DNA of 64,000 nucleotides from an uncultured cyanobacterium (GTDB lineage Bacteria; Cyanobacteriota; Cyanobacteriia; Cyanobacteriales; Cyanobacteriaceae). Where the stretch lies: positions 288,001 to 352,000 of the forward strand of contig CAVVOP010000008.1 in NCBI GenBank assembly GCA_963749915.1, read 5' to 3'. The translations under genes were made by a program, and so were the position numbers. Below are positions 30,329 through 41,009 of the stretch, one piece after another; positions within the stretch are counted from its first letter, which is position 1, and every line of letters starts with the position of its first letter. The notes under the pieces are model-generated. The model was not told where the DNA came from. It searched no databases and saw nothing but the letters and a program-made list of their open reading frames with translations.

Positions 30329-30925
30329 TTACAACGGAATTAATTCGGGAAAATTGATTAGTATTTGATCTGATGTTAACTGTTCACCTAATCTAGCAGG
30401 GGAAAAATGAAGGGCGATCGCTCTATATTTATTCTTATAATTAAGACTAATAAGGGCTTTCAGTCCCTCAGTTAAGGCTTCTATATTGGCTAAATCAGTT
30501 TCAATTTCCGGAATTTCGCCTTCAAAGGCTACTGTGATCATAACAATTATATTGTCCGTTACAGGGAGGGATAAGGGTGTGTTTTCCTCTACTTGCTCTA
30601 AATCAGGTTGACTGAGATACCGTTGGGAGGAATCGGTAAATAACTCGGTGACAAAGTCCCCCGCATCGGCTTCATTCCAAAATACACCCCCCTCATTAGA
30701 GGCACTTTGCCAATAGGTTCGATACTGCAAGATCCCTTCGCAAGTATTCACTAAACATTCTCCCATCACTTCCATATCACCATCGGCATCCACGGCCATC
30801 CTTGCATTTTGGTTTAACACTCCTAATAATGGCGCTACTTCATTACCTTGTAAATGGATAAAAATTCTGGAAACTACATATCTAGTTTTACCTACAAACT
30901 GATTAAAGCGATCGGTTATACTCAT
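30329..30925 (-). CDS. DUF1517-like protein
   Basis: Conserved cyanobacterial protein (YVVSRIFIHL.G, W.SA.NEG.VFW.E, ELFTDS..RY, FPELIPL). Confidence 0.65.
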   Translation of the reverse strand: MSITDRFNQFVGKTRYVVSRIFIHLQGNEVAPLLGVLNQNARMAVDADGDMEVMGECLVNTCEGILQYRTYWQSASNEGGVFWNEADAGDFVTELFTDSSQRYLSQPDLEQVEENTPLSLPVTDNIIVMITVAFEGEIPEIETDLANIEALTEGLKALISLNYKNKYRAIALHFSPARLGEQLTSDQILINFPELIPL

Positions 30926-30993
30926 AATAATTGATAGTTGATAGAGACAATGGTCAATAAATAGGCAATGGATAACCCCGAACTCGTAGTTAG

Positions 30994-31836
30994 TTATTTA
31001 CGAACTAATAACACAGGACAATTTGCATTTACTCGAATATAGTCAGATAAAGAAGTACCTAATAAACGGTCCAAATCAACTAAATTTTTGGCAATAGAAG
31101 GACGGCGATCAGGTGATCCTAATAATAATAAATCAATGTTTTTTTCTTCCGCTAATTGACAAATTTGTTTCCCTGGTCTGCCTCCAGTTACGATACATTT
31201 AGTATTAATACTCATGCGTTTGGCTTTCATGAAAGCCGGTGCTAAAATGGGGTTCTGTTCCATTTCGACCCTGGATAACTCTAAATCCGCACTCATATCG
31301 GGATTAACTCTAACTAAGTATAACTCTGCCTCTCCATAGTCTCTGAGTATCTGCAAAGTTAATTCTAGGGCATAATTTGCCGCCTCGGATTTGTCTAAGG
31401 CTAACATAACCCGTTTAATTTTGCGTACATAGATGTCATCTTTCACCAATAACATGGGGCGATCGCTAAGTTGAAATACATATTGACTGACAGAGTTTTC
31501 TAAAAAAGATTCTAAACGAGTTAAACCCCTAGAACCCATTAGAATAAGATCAGCATTAACCTCTTGAGCTGTATTGCACACTGTATCTTTAGGATCACCT
31601 TGTTTTAAAATAGTAGAAACTTTTACAGGATCAATATTGACATTTTTGACGATATCTGATAGAACTTTGCCGCCTTCTTCCCATTTTGCCGCTAAAGCAT
31701 CGGCGGAGACCTGAGGGGGTATGACATGAAGAATAGTAATTTCACTATGCTGGAAAGCAGGAATATCTAACAACATCTTCAACATTTCCTGAGTGTGGCC
31801 ATTGCCGGAATCCGCATATAAAATTTTATCTAACAT
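30994..31836 (-). CDS. Universal stress protein (tandem USP domains)
   Basis: GDPKDTVC..ADLILMGSRG..SVS and DLLLLGS...CPVLLVR. Confidence 0.9.
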   Translation of the reverse strand: MLDKILYADSGNGHTQEMLKMLLDIPAFQHSEITILHVIPPQVSADALAAKWEEGGKVLSDIVKNVNIDPVKVSTILKQGDPKDTVCNTAQEVNADLILMGSRGLTRLESFLENSVSQYVFQLSDRPMLLVKDDIYVRKIKRVMLALDKSEAANYALELTLQILRDYGEAELYLVRVNPDMSADLELSRVEMEQNPILAPAFMKAKRMSINTKCIVTGGRPGKQICQLAEEKNIDLLLLGSPDRRPSIAKNLVDLDRLLGTSLSDYIRVNANCPVLLVRK

Positions 31837-32060
31837 ATTTTTCAACGGTAATTTTAATTAAAGATCTTTATCTCTAAAATACAGCGATTAGTCACCGCGG
31901 AATTTAACATTTTGTAACGAGTAATCCTGAAAAAGACCCTGGTATTGTTGACTATCCCCTATTCCTCATTCCCCCAGTTCTGCAAAGAAATAGATCACAA
32001 CCTCGAGGCCAAAAAAAAATAGTTGCTTAAAAAACAGTAACTTATTATCATGGTTAGTGA

Positions 32061-32238
32061 AAAGCTACCACGTTGGTGACTGCCAATCAAGTTTTTTGAT
32101 CTATACTTGAGTTATAAGGAAACTAACAGAGTTCTTGTAGTAGTAAACCGAGCATTTGTACTCGGAAACAGAAACAGAAACGTTGGTGTCCACCTGGTCA
32201 TCCAGGTCATAAACTGAGGTAAAACGGCGTGGTGGTTT
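32061..32238 (+). ncRNA. ssrS: 6S RNA (SsaA/6Sa)
   Basis: ~180 nt with terminal stem AAAGCTACCACGTTG / CGGCGTGGTGGTTT, and the 3' block CACCTGGTCATCCAGGT...GAGGTAAAACGGCGTGGTGG characteristic of cyanobacterial 6S RNA. Confidence 0.85.
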
Positions 32239-32328
32239 AACTCAATGCACAACTGACGACAATTTACAATTAATTTTGACGATAAATGTGCAAGTTAAAT
32301 GTCATAATTATCTGTTGTTCATTGCATA

Positions 32329-32799
32329 ATGAGTTTAGAAGCAATAAAGATTAAGAATCTCACAGAGAAAGAATTAGATCAAGTATTGGAATTAGATGAT
32401 CTTTGCTTTGGTGGTTTATGGAGTTTTGACGGTTATAAACAAGAAATTGAAAGTCCAAATAGTTGTTTATTAATTCTTACGACAAATATTGGAAAAATCG
32501 AAAAAGTCATCGGTTTAGGTTGCTTTTGGTCAATTCTTGACGAGGCACATCTGACTATCTTAGCCATTCATCCTAATTTTCAAGGGCAAGGTTTGGGCAA
32601 GTTATTGTTAGGTAAATTATTAAAAGAAGCAGAGAATAAAAGTTTACAAAGGGCAACGTTAGAAGTAGGAGAAAATAATAAAGAAGCCTTAAATTTATAT
32701 CAACAATTTGGCTTTAAAGAGGCAGGAAGGAGAAAAAAATATTATAAAAAAACGGGAGAAGATGCCTTGATTTTATGGAAGAAATTTTCATCTACTTAA
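32329..32799 (+). CDS. rimI: Ribosomal-protein-alanine N-acetyltransferase
   Basis: ILDEAHLTILAIHP..QGQGLG, ATLEV...N..A..LY..FGF...GRRKKYY...GEDALILW. Confidence 0.88.
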   Translation: MSLEAIKIKNLTEKELDQVLELDDLCFGGLWSFDGYKQEIESPNSCLLILTTNIGKIEKVIGLGCFWSILDEAHLTILAIHPNFQGQGLGKLLLGKLLKEAENKSLQRATLEVGENNKEALNLYQQFGFKEAGRRKKYYKKTGEDALILWKKFSST

Positions 32800-32986
32800 A
32801 TTTATCAATATTTATATTATTGATTTTTTATACAAAAAATAGAGTGTTAGCTGATCGCCGGGAGATTATTGAAGACAAAACTGATATGATAATAAAACCA
32901 TTAAATTTAGAATATATTTTTGTGAAATCAACCTGACATCAATTACAGTCTCAGTGAAATTGTTAATGACAAAGACGAACGAATAG

Positions 32987-35146
32987 ATGAAAATCAAAAA
33001 CATTAAGAATCTCATCCCTATATCTACTCTCCTTATTATCATCATTGGAATTGTCGGTGCAACATTTTTAACCCCAAAGTTAATAAAAATGTTGGATGAC
33101 ATCGTAATTTCTACCTTTCAAGAAAAGCCAGAGTATAGACTAGATGGACCCTCTGAGGTTTTGCCCTTGGCGGATATTCCCCCCAAGGAACGTCAAACGG
33201 CTTTGGAGGCCATCGCCAATCAAGAAAAACCCTCACTAGATAGAAGTAGGGCCAAATTTTTATTGGCATCGGATATACTAAGAGGCGATTTTGATGGTGC
33301 AAAAGCCTTAAGTTATCTCAAAAATTTAGAGAAAGAATACCCAATCTTAGCCCCTTATATTTTATTACGACAAGGAAGGAGCTATGAGTTAACAAACGAT
33401 ACCAAAAAAGCTCAAGAAATTTGGTTAAAATTAGTCAATGAATATCCGCAAGAATTAGTTAGTGCCGAAGCCTATTATAAACTTGGTAATTATGAACCTC
33501 AATATTGGCAAGAAGCTATTAAGAAGTTTCCTCAATATCCTCGTACCCATGAAATTGCTCGCAAATTATTAGAAAAAGATCCCCAACAAAAAGACTTATT
33601 GTTATTGTTAGCAACCTATGATTTATCCCCTCAAACAACCCCAATTTTAGATCGATTAGTTAAAGAATTTAGCAAAGAATTACAGTCTCCTGAATGGGAT
33701 ACTATCGCCAACAATTACTGGCAAAACGGCAACTATTTAAAAGCGGCCCAAGGGTACCAAAAAGGTACATCTACCCCCGAAAATTTATACCGCATTGCTA
33801 GAGGTTATCAAGTATCAAACAAACAAACTGAAGCAAAAAGTTTTTATCTAAAATTAGTCAGTGAATTTCCCGACGCATCGGATACGGGGTTAGCATTAAG
33901 AAGATTGGCGAATCTTACTCAAGGGGATGAGGCTTTATCCTACCTCAATAAAGTCGATAAACGATTCCCCGAACAAGTGCCTAAAGCTTTAAGTCAGAAA
34001 GCTAGTATTTTAAGCCTTTTAGGTCGATTTTCAGAGGCAACCCAAGCTAGAAATCAGTTATTACAACAATATCCCCACTCTGATGAAGCCGCAAATTATC
34101 GTTGGCAAGTGGCACAAGAATTTGCAAGGGATAATAATCTAGTAGCGGCATGGCAATGGGCACAACAAATCACCGTTGATAATCCTGATAGTGATGTTGC
34201 ACCAAAAGCCGCTTTTTGGGTGGGTAAATGGGCTCAAAAATTAGGACAGAAAGGGGAGGCTGAAAAGGCTTTTCATTTTGTATTGCAAAGATATCCTCAA
34301 TCATATTATTCTTGGCGATCAGCTGTGGGACTGGGTAAAAACGTGGGGGATTTTACCACTATTCGCAGTTTACCATTAAAAGTAGAAATGCCCAATACTC
34401 GACCAATTCTCCCCGCTGGTTCTAATATGTTTAAAGAATTATTTTTATTAGGGGAAAATCAAGAAGCCATTGATTTATTTGCAGGAGAAACAGGTGATAC
34501 ATCAGAGTTAACCGTATCACAACAATTTATTCAAGGATTATTAAAACAAATTCAAGGAAAAAATTTACAAGGAATTAATACTATTTGGAGTTTAAAAAAT
34601 CGGGATAAACCCGAAGATTACCGAGAATGGCAAATGTTGCGCCATAGTCCTGAATATTGGCATGGTTTATTCCCCTTTCACTATGAAGATTTAATCGTCA
34701 AATGGTCCCAAGAAAGAAAACTTAATCCCTTTTTAGTGGCTTCTCTTATCCGTCAAGAATCAAGATTTGAGAAAGAAATTAAATCCCCTGTAGGTGCAAC
34801 AGGATTAATGCAAATTATGCCCGATACAGGAAAATGGATTGCACCGCAAATCAATCTCAAAGACTACTCCCTCACCGATCCCAATGATAATATTAGAATG
34901 GGTACATGGTACTTAGATCATACCCACGAGACCTATAACGGCAATTCTTTACTCGCTGTCGCTAGTTATAATGCAGGACCAGGCAATGTTGCCAATTGGG
35001 TAAAACGCTACAATCTCAAAGACTTTGACGAATTTGTAGAAAATATCCCTTTCCCGGAAACTAAAGGTTATATTGAGTCAGTTTTTGCCAATTACTGGAA
35101 TTATGTAGAATTATATGATCCTCAAATACGAGAAAAAATAGATTAG
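32987..35146 (+). CDS. slt: Soluble lytic murein transglycosylase with TPR repeats
   Basis: IRQESRF, S.VGATGLMQIMP.T, ASYNAGPG and ETKGY motifs; TPR-like N-terminal region. Confidence 0.9.
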   Translation: MKIKNIKNLIPISTLLIIIIGIVGATFLTPKLIKMLDDIVISTFQEKPEYRLDGPSEVLPLADIPPKERQTALEAIANQEKPSLDRSRAKFLLASDILRGDFDGAKALSYLKNLEKEYPILAPYILLRQGRSYELTNDTKKAQEIWLKLVNEYPQELVSAEAYYKLGNYEPQYWQEAIKKFPQYPRTHEIARKLLEKDPQQKDLLLLLATYDLSPQTTPILDRLVKEFSKELQSPEWDTIANNYWQNGNYLKAAQGYQKGTSTPENLYRIARGYQVSNKQTEAKSFYLKLVSEFPDASDTGLALRRLANLTQGDEALSYLNKVDKRFPEQVPKALSQKASILSLLGRFSEATQARNQLLQQYPHSDEAANYRWQVAQEFARDNNLVAAWQWAQQITVDNPDSDVAPKAAFWVGKWAQKLGQKGEAEKAFHFVLQRYPQSYYSWRSAVGLGKNVGDFTTIRSLPLKVEMPNTRPILPAGSNMFKELFLLGENQEAIDLFAGETGDTSELTVSQQFIQGLLKQIQGKNLQGINTIWSLKNRDKPEDYREWQMLRHSPEYWHGLFPFHYEDLIVKWSQERKLNPFLVASLIRQESRFEKEIKSPVGATGLMQIMPDTGKWIAPQINLKDYSLTDPNDNIRMGTWYLDHTHETYNGNSLLAVASYNAGPGNVANWVKRYNLKDFDEFVENIPFPETKGYIESVFANYWNYVELYDPQIREKID

Positions 35147-35242
35147 TAAGTTGGTTTGCTAGTGTTTATCCTCTTGGGTTATCAGAGGCGATGGCTTTTG
35201 TGGATAAATGGGCTAGTAATTTTTAGTTAGAACTCATCAAAA

Positions 35243-36199
35243 ATGTCTAAAATAGTTACCTATAGTCCTGCTTTCACCATTGTGCCGACTTATGAGTGTT
35301 TTAATCGTTGTAGCTATTGTAATTTTAGGACTAATCCTCATAACAGTCCTTGGTTAGAATTAAATAAGGCTAGAAATATCTTAGGGAATCTTGAGGGCAA
35401 AGGAATTATCGAAATTTTGATTTTAAGCGGTGAAATTCATCCTCAATCTAGCCGAAGACAGCCTTGGATACAAAGAATTTATGATTTAGGAAAATTAGCT
35501 TTATCCATGGGATTTTTGCCTCATACCAATGCGGGGGTGTTAAGTTTCCAGGAGATGTCTTTACTGAAAAAGGTTAATGTTTCTATGGGATTGATGTTAG
35601 AGCAGTTAACCCCTAATCTATTAAATACTGTCCATCGTCATGCACCCACCAAAATTCCTGAAATAAGGTTACAACAATTAGAATGGGCTGGTATGCTAAA
35701 AATTCCTTTCACTACCGGCATTCTTTTAGGTATTGGTGAGACTTTGGACCATCGCATTGAAAGTTTAGAGGCGATCGCAAAAATACAAGAAAAATGGGGG
35801 CATATTCAAGAAGTTATTTTACAACCCTATTGCCAAGGCACAGAAGAAGAATTACAAAAAGAATCTCTTAGTCAATCAGAAATTTTGGAAATAATTACCA
35901 TCGCCCGCGATATTTTACCAGAAACCATAACTTTACAAATACCACCTAATTTAATCGATAGTGAAGAAACATTATTAAAGTGTTTAGATTTAGGAGTGAG
36001 AGACTTAGGAGGGATTGTACCCAAAGATGAAGTAAACCCCGATTATAGTCATCAAAACTTAGAAATCTTAGCAAAAATTCTCAGTAAAGCTGGTTGGGAA
36101 TTAAAACCTCGTTTACCCGTATATCCTCAATATTATTCTTGGCTATCGACTTTAAATCAAATAGGAGTGGTATTCTGCCAATTTTATAAGAAGATATAA
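35243..36199 (+). CDS. cofG: FO synthase subunit CofG (radical SAM)
   Basis: VTYSPA.TIVPTYECFNRCSYCNF, FLPHTNAG, IPFTTGILLGIGET, HIQEVILQP and LQIPPNL motifs. Confidence 0.9.
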   Translation: MSKIVTYSPAFTIVPTYECFNRCSYCNFRTNPHNSPWLELNKARNILGNLEGKGIIEILILSGEIHPQSSRRQPWIQRIYDLGKLALSMGFLPHTNAGVLSFQEMSLLKKVNVSMGLMLEQLTPNLLNTVHRHAPTKIPEIRLQQLEWAGMLKIPFTTGILLGIGETLDHRIESLEAIAKIQEKWGHIQEVILQPYCQGTEEELQKESLSQSEILEIITIARDILPETITLQIPPNLIDSEETLLKCLDLGVRDLGGIVPKDEVNPDYSHQNLEILAKILSKAGWELKPRLPVYPQYYSWLSTLNQIGVVFCQFYKKI

Positions 36200-36231
36200 T
36201 ATTAAATCGTTACACTGTAAATATTAAATTT

Positions 36232-37896
36232 ATGATTTCTTCGAGACTTATTCGCCTTATTCATCCCGTCAGCGTTGGAATTCTAAGCACTTTAGTGACT
36301 TCTCTTCCAGTCAAAGCGGCTGAAAAAATTTATTTAACCTATGGTCCCGTAAAGATGTCAGTAAAAGTAGCCTCCTTAGAAACTTTTGCTAAAGACGGCA
36401 CAATCAATAAAAATTTAGAATTTTATCTCAAATCCACCAGTCCAGAACAAAGAGAACAATTCCGTGAAGCATTGAACAAAAAAGTTGACATTAATCCTGT
36501 AATGTTATCTCGTTTTTTCAACACCGATATTGGAGAGGACATTCTACATCGTTTTGGCAAAGGTATTACGATTCCTGGAGGACGTAATGGTGAATATGCT
36601 TTACGAGGTGCTCTTGTCACAGCGGCTTTGGATTCAGATGGACTGACTTTATTAGGTGTATTACAAAATTTCCCTGTGGATATGCAGTTACAAGGAGAAA
36701 GGATTCTCGGACTTGTCAAAGAAATAGATAAGGTAGTTAAGGCAACAGTCGCCTATACAGAAGTAATGGGTGAGTTATCAACCACAGAAGCAAAGTCTGA
36801 TCCTCCAGTGGATTTTAATCAACTCCCTGACATCCGACAACCCGGAGAATTTGGTTTTCAAAAAGGGATCTTAAACCTCACCGATAGTAAACGCAATCGT
36901 AGCTTTTATGTTATTCTCTACAAACCCCAACAATGGCGGTCAGGTAAAACCCCTGTGGTCGTTATCTCTCACGGTTTAGCATCCAATCCTGAGAGCCTTG
37001 AAGATGTCGCCCAACATTTAGCTTCCTACGGCTACGTTGTTGCCCTGCCCCAGCATCCCGGCAGTGATACAAAACAAGCCAAAGACTTACTGGAGGGCTA
37101 CTCAAGGGAAGTTTTTGACTTAAACGAATTTATTGATCGCCCTCAAGACATCACCTTTGTTATTGATGAATTAGAACAGCGCAATCAATCTGAATTTGAC
37201 GGACGTTTGGATTTAGAAAATGTAGGAGTTGGTGGACATTCCTTTGGCGGATATACAGCTTTAGCCGTTGCTGGTGCAGTCATCGATTTTGATTATCTCC
37301 AAAAAATTTGCGATCGCGATTATGGAGCATTAAATACATCTTTGTTACTTCAGTGTAGGGCTTTAAGCCTACCCCGTGAAACCTATAAGTTCCGAGATAA
37401 TCGGGTTAAAGCAGTATTGGCAGCAAATCCAGTTAACAGTGGTATTTTTGGAGAGAAAGGCATAAGCCAGATTCAAATTCCTGTGTTTTTCCTTAGCGGT
37501 AATTATGATCCTGCCACTCCTGCTGTCTTCGAGCAACTCCGTTCTTTTATCTGGTTGACCAATCCGAGCAAACATCTTGTTCTTGCTGAAGGACAAGCAC
37601 ACGTGGACTTCTCCGACTTAGATGCAGGAGTTACTCAAGTATTGGATTCGGTGCCAAGTTTGACATTACCTGAACCAAGTCTACTTAAAAGCTATCTCCA
37701 TCCCATCGTGCTTTCATTTTTCGAGGTTTATATTGCCAATAACCAAAGCTATCAACCCTATTTAACTTCCTCTTATACAAACTTTCTTAGTGAGAATGAG
37801 AAATTCAAAGTGTATATGATTGGTATTGCCTCTGAACCGGCTTTAAAACAAGCGATTATGGAATTTAATGCAAAAGAAGGATCCATCGCCCCTTAA
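36232..37896 (+). CDS. Alpha/beta hydrolase with N-terminal DUF1400
   Basis: Signal + AAEKI.L.YGP; PVVVISHGL; GHSFGG nucleophile motif. Confidence 0.85.
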   Translation: MISSRLIRLIHPVSVGILSTLVTSLPVKAAEKIYLTYGPVKMSVKVASLETFAKDGTINKNLEFYLKSTSPEQREQFREALNKKVDINPVMLSRFFNTDIGEDILHRFGKGITIPGGRNGEYALRGALVTAALDSDGLTLLGVLQNFPVDMQLQGERILGLVKEIDKVVKATVAYTEVMGELSTTEAKSDPPVDFNQLPDIRQPGEFGFQKGILNLTDSKRNRSFYVILYKPQQWRSGKTPVVVISHGLASNPESLEDVAQHLASYGYVVALPQHPGSDTKQAKDLLEGYSREVFDLNEFIDRPQDITFVIDELEQRNQSEFDGRLDLENVGVGGHSFGGYTALAVAGAVIDFDYLQKICDRDYGALNTSLLLQCRALSLPRETYKFRDNRVKAVLAANPVNSGIFGEKGISQIQIPVFFLSGNYDPATPAVFEQLRSFIWLTNPSKHLVLAEGQAHVDFSDLDAGVTQVLDSVPSLTLPEPSLLKSYLHPIVLSFFEVYIANNQSYQPYLTSSYTNFLSENEKFKVYMIGIASEPALKQAIMEFNAKEGSIAP

Positions 37897-38139
37897 GAGT
37901 GTGTTCGAAATTTTTTTTGGGCGGGTATCAAAAGTATCAAGGGCGATCGCTAAAATTTTGGTGAGTGTGGTTTTAGCGGTGATTTTAGGAATATTAATAC
38001 ATTGATTAATCCATCAACGAAAAAAGATCGCCTTTCAAATTGGCGATCGCTACATAATATTTAATCACTGGCCCTCCTAGGCCGAAAAGGTCATTTTTTC
38101 CTGGCTTTTTGATCTACTGAGATTTAAGCATCTGTGAGA

Positions 38140-38835
38140 TTAAGCCTCAACAGACTGCTTTTTGGAAGATTTACTTTTGAATAAACCACCAAAACCTAAA
38201 GCCAATCCAGTACCTAAAATGGTTAAAGGTTCGGGTATAGCGGCAACACTAGAAGTAACAGTACCGAGAGACACAGGAGAATTCGCACCAGATACACCTA
38301 GTTGGAATGTACTCGAAGCAGCAGTTATATCTCCTTGATACGCCCAAAAAGCAGAGCTAAAGCAAGTGTCACATAACTCTATTTCCGCAGAAGCACCACC
38401 TTTAATACCCTCAAACTGAGTACCGGCTCGGAAAGTCAAGAATAAATCATCACTGCCATCAACATCAAAAGTGAATGTTTCGTCTTCAGTGAGCGTATAA
38501 AGCCATGGGTTGGAAAAAGTACCAGTTCCTGACCCCGTATAGGTAAAGTCAAGAGATTCAAGAGGACCGACAAAGGTGTATGGCTGACTATCGCCGGCTG
38601 CCAAACCTAAACCGGCGAAACTACCGGTAGCATATAAGGTTGATGCAGGAGTGTTTATTCCTACAGAAAAATCCTGTGCACCAATCGCACTTAAAAAGTT
38701 ATCCCCTGTAAGGACAAAGCCAATATCTCCACCGGCTAATTCTAAAGATTGAGCTGGAGCAGAAGCCATCATTACGGAGGTAACAGTAGCCGTAGCGGCT
38801 AGGGGAATTACGGAGAGAGAAAATAATCTATTCAT
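38140..38835 (-). CDS. PEP-CTERM sorting domain protein
   Basis: Signal peptide; C-terminal IPEPLTILGTGLALGFGGLFKSK. Confidence 0.9.
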   Translation of the reverse strand: MNRLFSLSVIPLAATATVTSVMMASAPAQSLELAGGDIGFVLTGDNFLSAIGAQDFSVGINTPASTLYATGSFAGLGLAAGDSQPYTFVGPLESLDFTYTGSGTGTFSNPWLYTLTEDETFTFDVDGSDDLFLTFRAGTQFEGIKGGASAEIELCDTCFSSAFWAYQGDITAASSTFQLGVSGANSPVSLGTVTSSVAAIPEPLTILGTGLALGFGGLFKSKSSKKQSVEA

Positions 38836-39153
38836 TTTTTAAGGTTTTCCTACTTTATTTACACTTACGTGTCAACGTATAAATACTATAACAAAAATTT
38901 TGATTTTGGCAAGGGACTTCCCAAAACTTTATCTTGATTTGCCTTTTCTGTAAAGTTTATAACCTTTACAGAATCGATATATTAGAACTTTACACAATCT
39001 TTAAAAAAGAAATAACACAATCAGAGAAAAGAATTGTATAGTGATAGATGAAGTTCTCTATTTAATTTTTGTTTAAGTAGAATTACTGGTTAACTCTTAA
39101 ATAGAAATACTGATCAAGAGATTCGTAGTCGATAACAAAGAGGTACAGGCACC

Positions 39154-39834
39154 ATGCTTTTTTCAGATAGCAAATTAGTAAACCAACATTCTTCCTTTGA
39201 AGGAGTTACTGACTTTTATTCTGTCGTTCATATTTCTGCCCATAGCAAGATTAAAAGATTTATTGACATTATCGGTTCGTTAGTGGGTTTGTTTATTACC
39301 GCACTGATTTTTATCCCCATGGCGATCGCCATAAAATTAGATAGTGAGGGGCCTGTTTTCTATCGTCAAATCCGTTGTGGATTACTAGGGGAAACTTTTT
39401 GCATCTGGAAATTCCGTTCTATGTATTCTGATGCGGACCAAAGAAAGCATTTAGTCGAAAATCAAGCCAAAGGTCATATATTTAAAAATGACCAAGATCC
39501 GCGTATTACTAGGGTAGGGAGATTTTTACGAAAAACTAGCCTAGATGAATTTCCTCAATTTTGGAATGTGTTAATGGGTGATATGAGTTTAGTAGGAACT
39601 CGTCCCCCAACCTATGATGAAGTTAAACATTATGATAAACATCATTGGCTACGCTTAAGAGTTAAACCTGGTATAACTGGAGAATGGCAAGTCAACGGTC
39701 GATCTTTGGTAGATGATTTTGAAAAAATTGTATCTTTAGATTTAGACTATCAAAGAAAATGGTCTGTGTGGTATGACTTACGTTTAATCCTCGAAACCAT
39801 CAAAGTTGTTTTTCACCGTAAAGGTGCACACTAG
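39154..39834 (+). CDS. Bacterial sugar transferase (priming glycosyl-1-phosphate transferase)
   Basis: KRFIDI, KFRSM, DPRITRVGRFLRKTSLDEFPQFWNVL.GDMSLVG.RP and KPGITG motifs. Confidence 0.92.
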   Translation: MLFSDSKLVNQHSSFEGVTDFYSVVHISAHSKIKRFIDIIGSLVGLFITALIFIPMAIAIKLDSEGPVFYRQIRCGLLGETFCIWKFRSMYSDADQRKHLVENQAKGHIFKNDQDPRITRVGRFLRKTSLDEFPQFWNVLMGDMSLVGTRPPTYDEVKHYDKHHWLRLRVKPGITGEWQVNGRSLVDDFEKIVSLDLDYQRKWSVWYDLRLILETIKVVFHRKGAH

Positions 39835-39949
39835 TGGTCTGTCAAGATAGTTTTGAGGGACTGGGAACGGATAATTTTGGATTTTGGATTTTGGATTTTA
39901 GATTTTGGAGAATCCTGCTATCCCTCATTTCAAAATTGCTAGACCACTA
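39832..39949. mobile_element. MITE family A, copy 3 (begins at the TAG stop of the sugar transferase)
   Basis: TAGTGGTCTGTCAA ... TTGCTAGACCACTA with CTAG at both junctions; five ATTTTRG units. Confidence 0.85.
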
Positions 39950-40036
39950 GTACTTTGACAACTTTGTTTTGAAGGATAAACAGAAGATTAAAAACTCAAA
40001 CAAAAAATCTTCTCTCCCAACTCCCACCGCCCTTCT

Positions 40037-40445
40037 CCTGACAAGGGTAGGTTTTTTACAATAAGTTCTGGTGAGGGAGAGACAAGGAGGACAAGGAAGG
40101 AAAGTAGACAAGGAAGAGAGAAATCGAAGATTAAGAAGTATTAACCATAAAAGATGATTGTGGAAATAAACCCTTTAAGGATATACCTTTGCCACAGAGC
40201 AAATCGGCAATAATGTTAATTAATCCTTGCAAAAAACAAGAAATATTCCGATTCATTTTCTTTAACTCTGATTTTGGCTGAACTTCATCATGAGCAATTC
40301 CTTTATCTTTAAGACTTTCCTGTAGATTTCGCTGTTGATCACTACCCATGGTCACTGTCCATAAAGTAGCTACAGCCATTGCTAACCATAGTCTTTCTGC
40401 TCTGGCTGGTTCTCTCAATCTGGTTTTATGCCATTGCCATCCATG
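40037..40445 (-). pseudogene. IS4-like transposase C-terminal fragment with right end
   Basis: GWQWHKTRL.EPARAERLWLAMAVATLWTV...ISCFLQG; end AAAAAACCTACCCTTGTCAGG. Confidence 0.7.
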
Positions 40446-40483
40446 TTTGACCAGTCTTTGAGATACTTATTTTGTAACATGAA

Positions 40484-40909
40484 TCAACCAATTAACCAAC
40501 TTTGGGGAGAATTAATCATTTTTACTAATCCGCTTAAAATTTGATTGTATGTACTATATAACTCTCGTCCTTGTTCCGTAGATATATAGTCACATTTAAC
40601 TGCAAATTTAAGCCAAACTTGGGTTTCTGCTGCTTCTGCTTCACAATCATTTAATTTGGCTACAAATGATGCTTGATACCTTCTTTTCCTCCAGGCTTCG
40701 GCAAAATTCGCACAAACAGAGCGAGACGAACGACGAATTTGGTCTGTAAGAGAATATCTTTCTTCCACAGGAAACTGTTTGGATAATTCAAAAATACTCA
40801 TAGCTGCATTAAACCCTTTTTGATAGATAACTAAATCTTCATGAGTTTTAATAGTTCTTTTTTCTTTTTCTCCCTTGTCCACTTTTCCCCCTTGTCTGCC
40901 TTGTCTCAC
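40484..40909 (-). CDS. Four-helix-bundle protein (23S rRNA intervening-sequence protein family)
   Basis: HEDL.IYQK, FP.EERYSLTDQIRRSSRSVCAN.AEAW.KR and EAEAAETQVWL motifs. Start codon uncertain. Confidence 0.9.
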   Translation of the reverse strand: MRQGRQGGKVDKGEKEKRTIKTHEDLVIYQKGFNAAMSIFELSKQFPVEERYSLTDQIRRSSRSVCANFAEAWRKRRYQASFVAKLNDCEAEAAETQVWLKFAVKCDYISTEQGRELYSTYNQILSGLVKMINSPQSWLIG

Positions 40910-41009
40910 CTTATTTTATCGTTAATGTAAAAAACCTACACTTGTGAGAGGGGAAAGACTAGGAGATTGAGAGAAGAGAAGTATCTTCTCTGAAGTGGGA
41001 ATCCCGAGC

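Noticed and set aside
35243..36199. cofG without adjacent cofH
   Set aside because: Split, unlinked cofG/cofH is usual in cyanobacteria.
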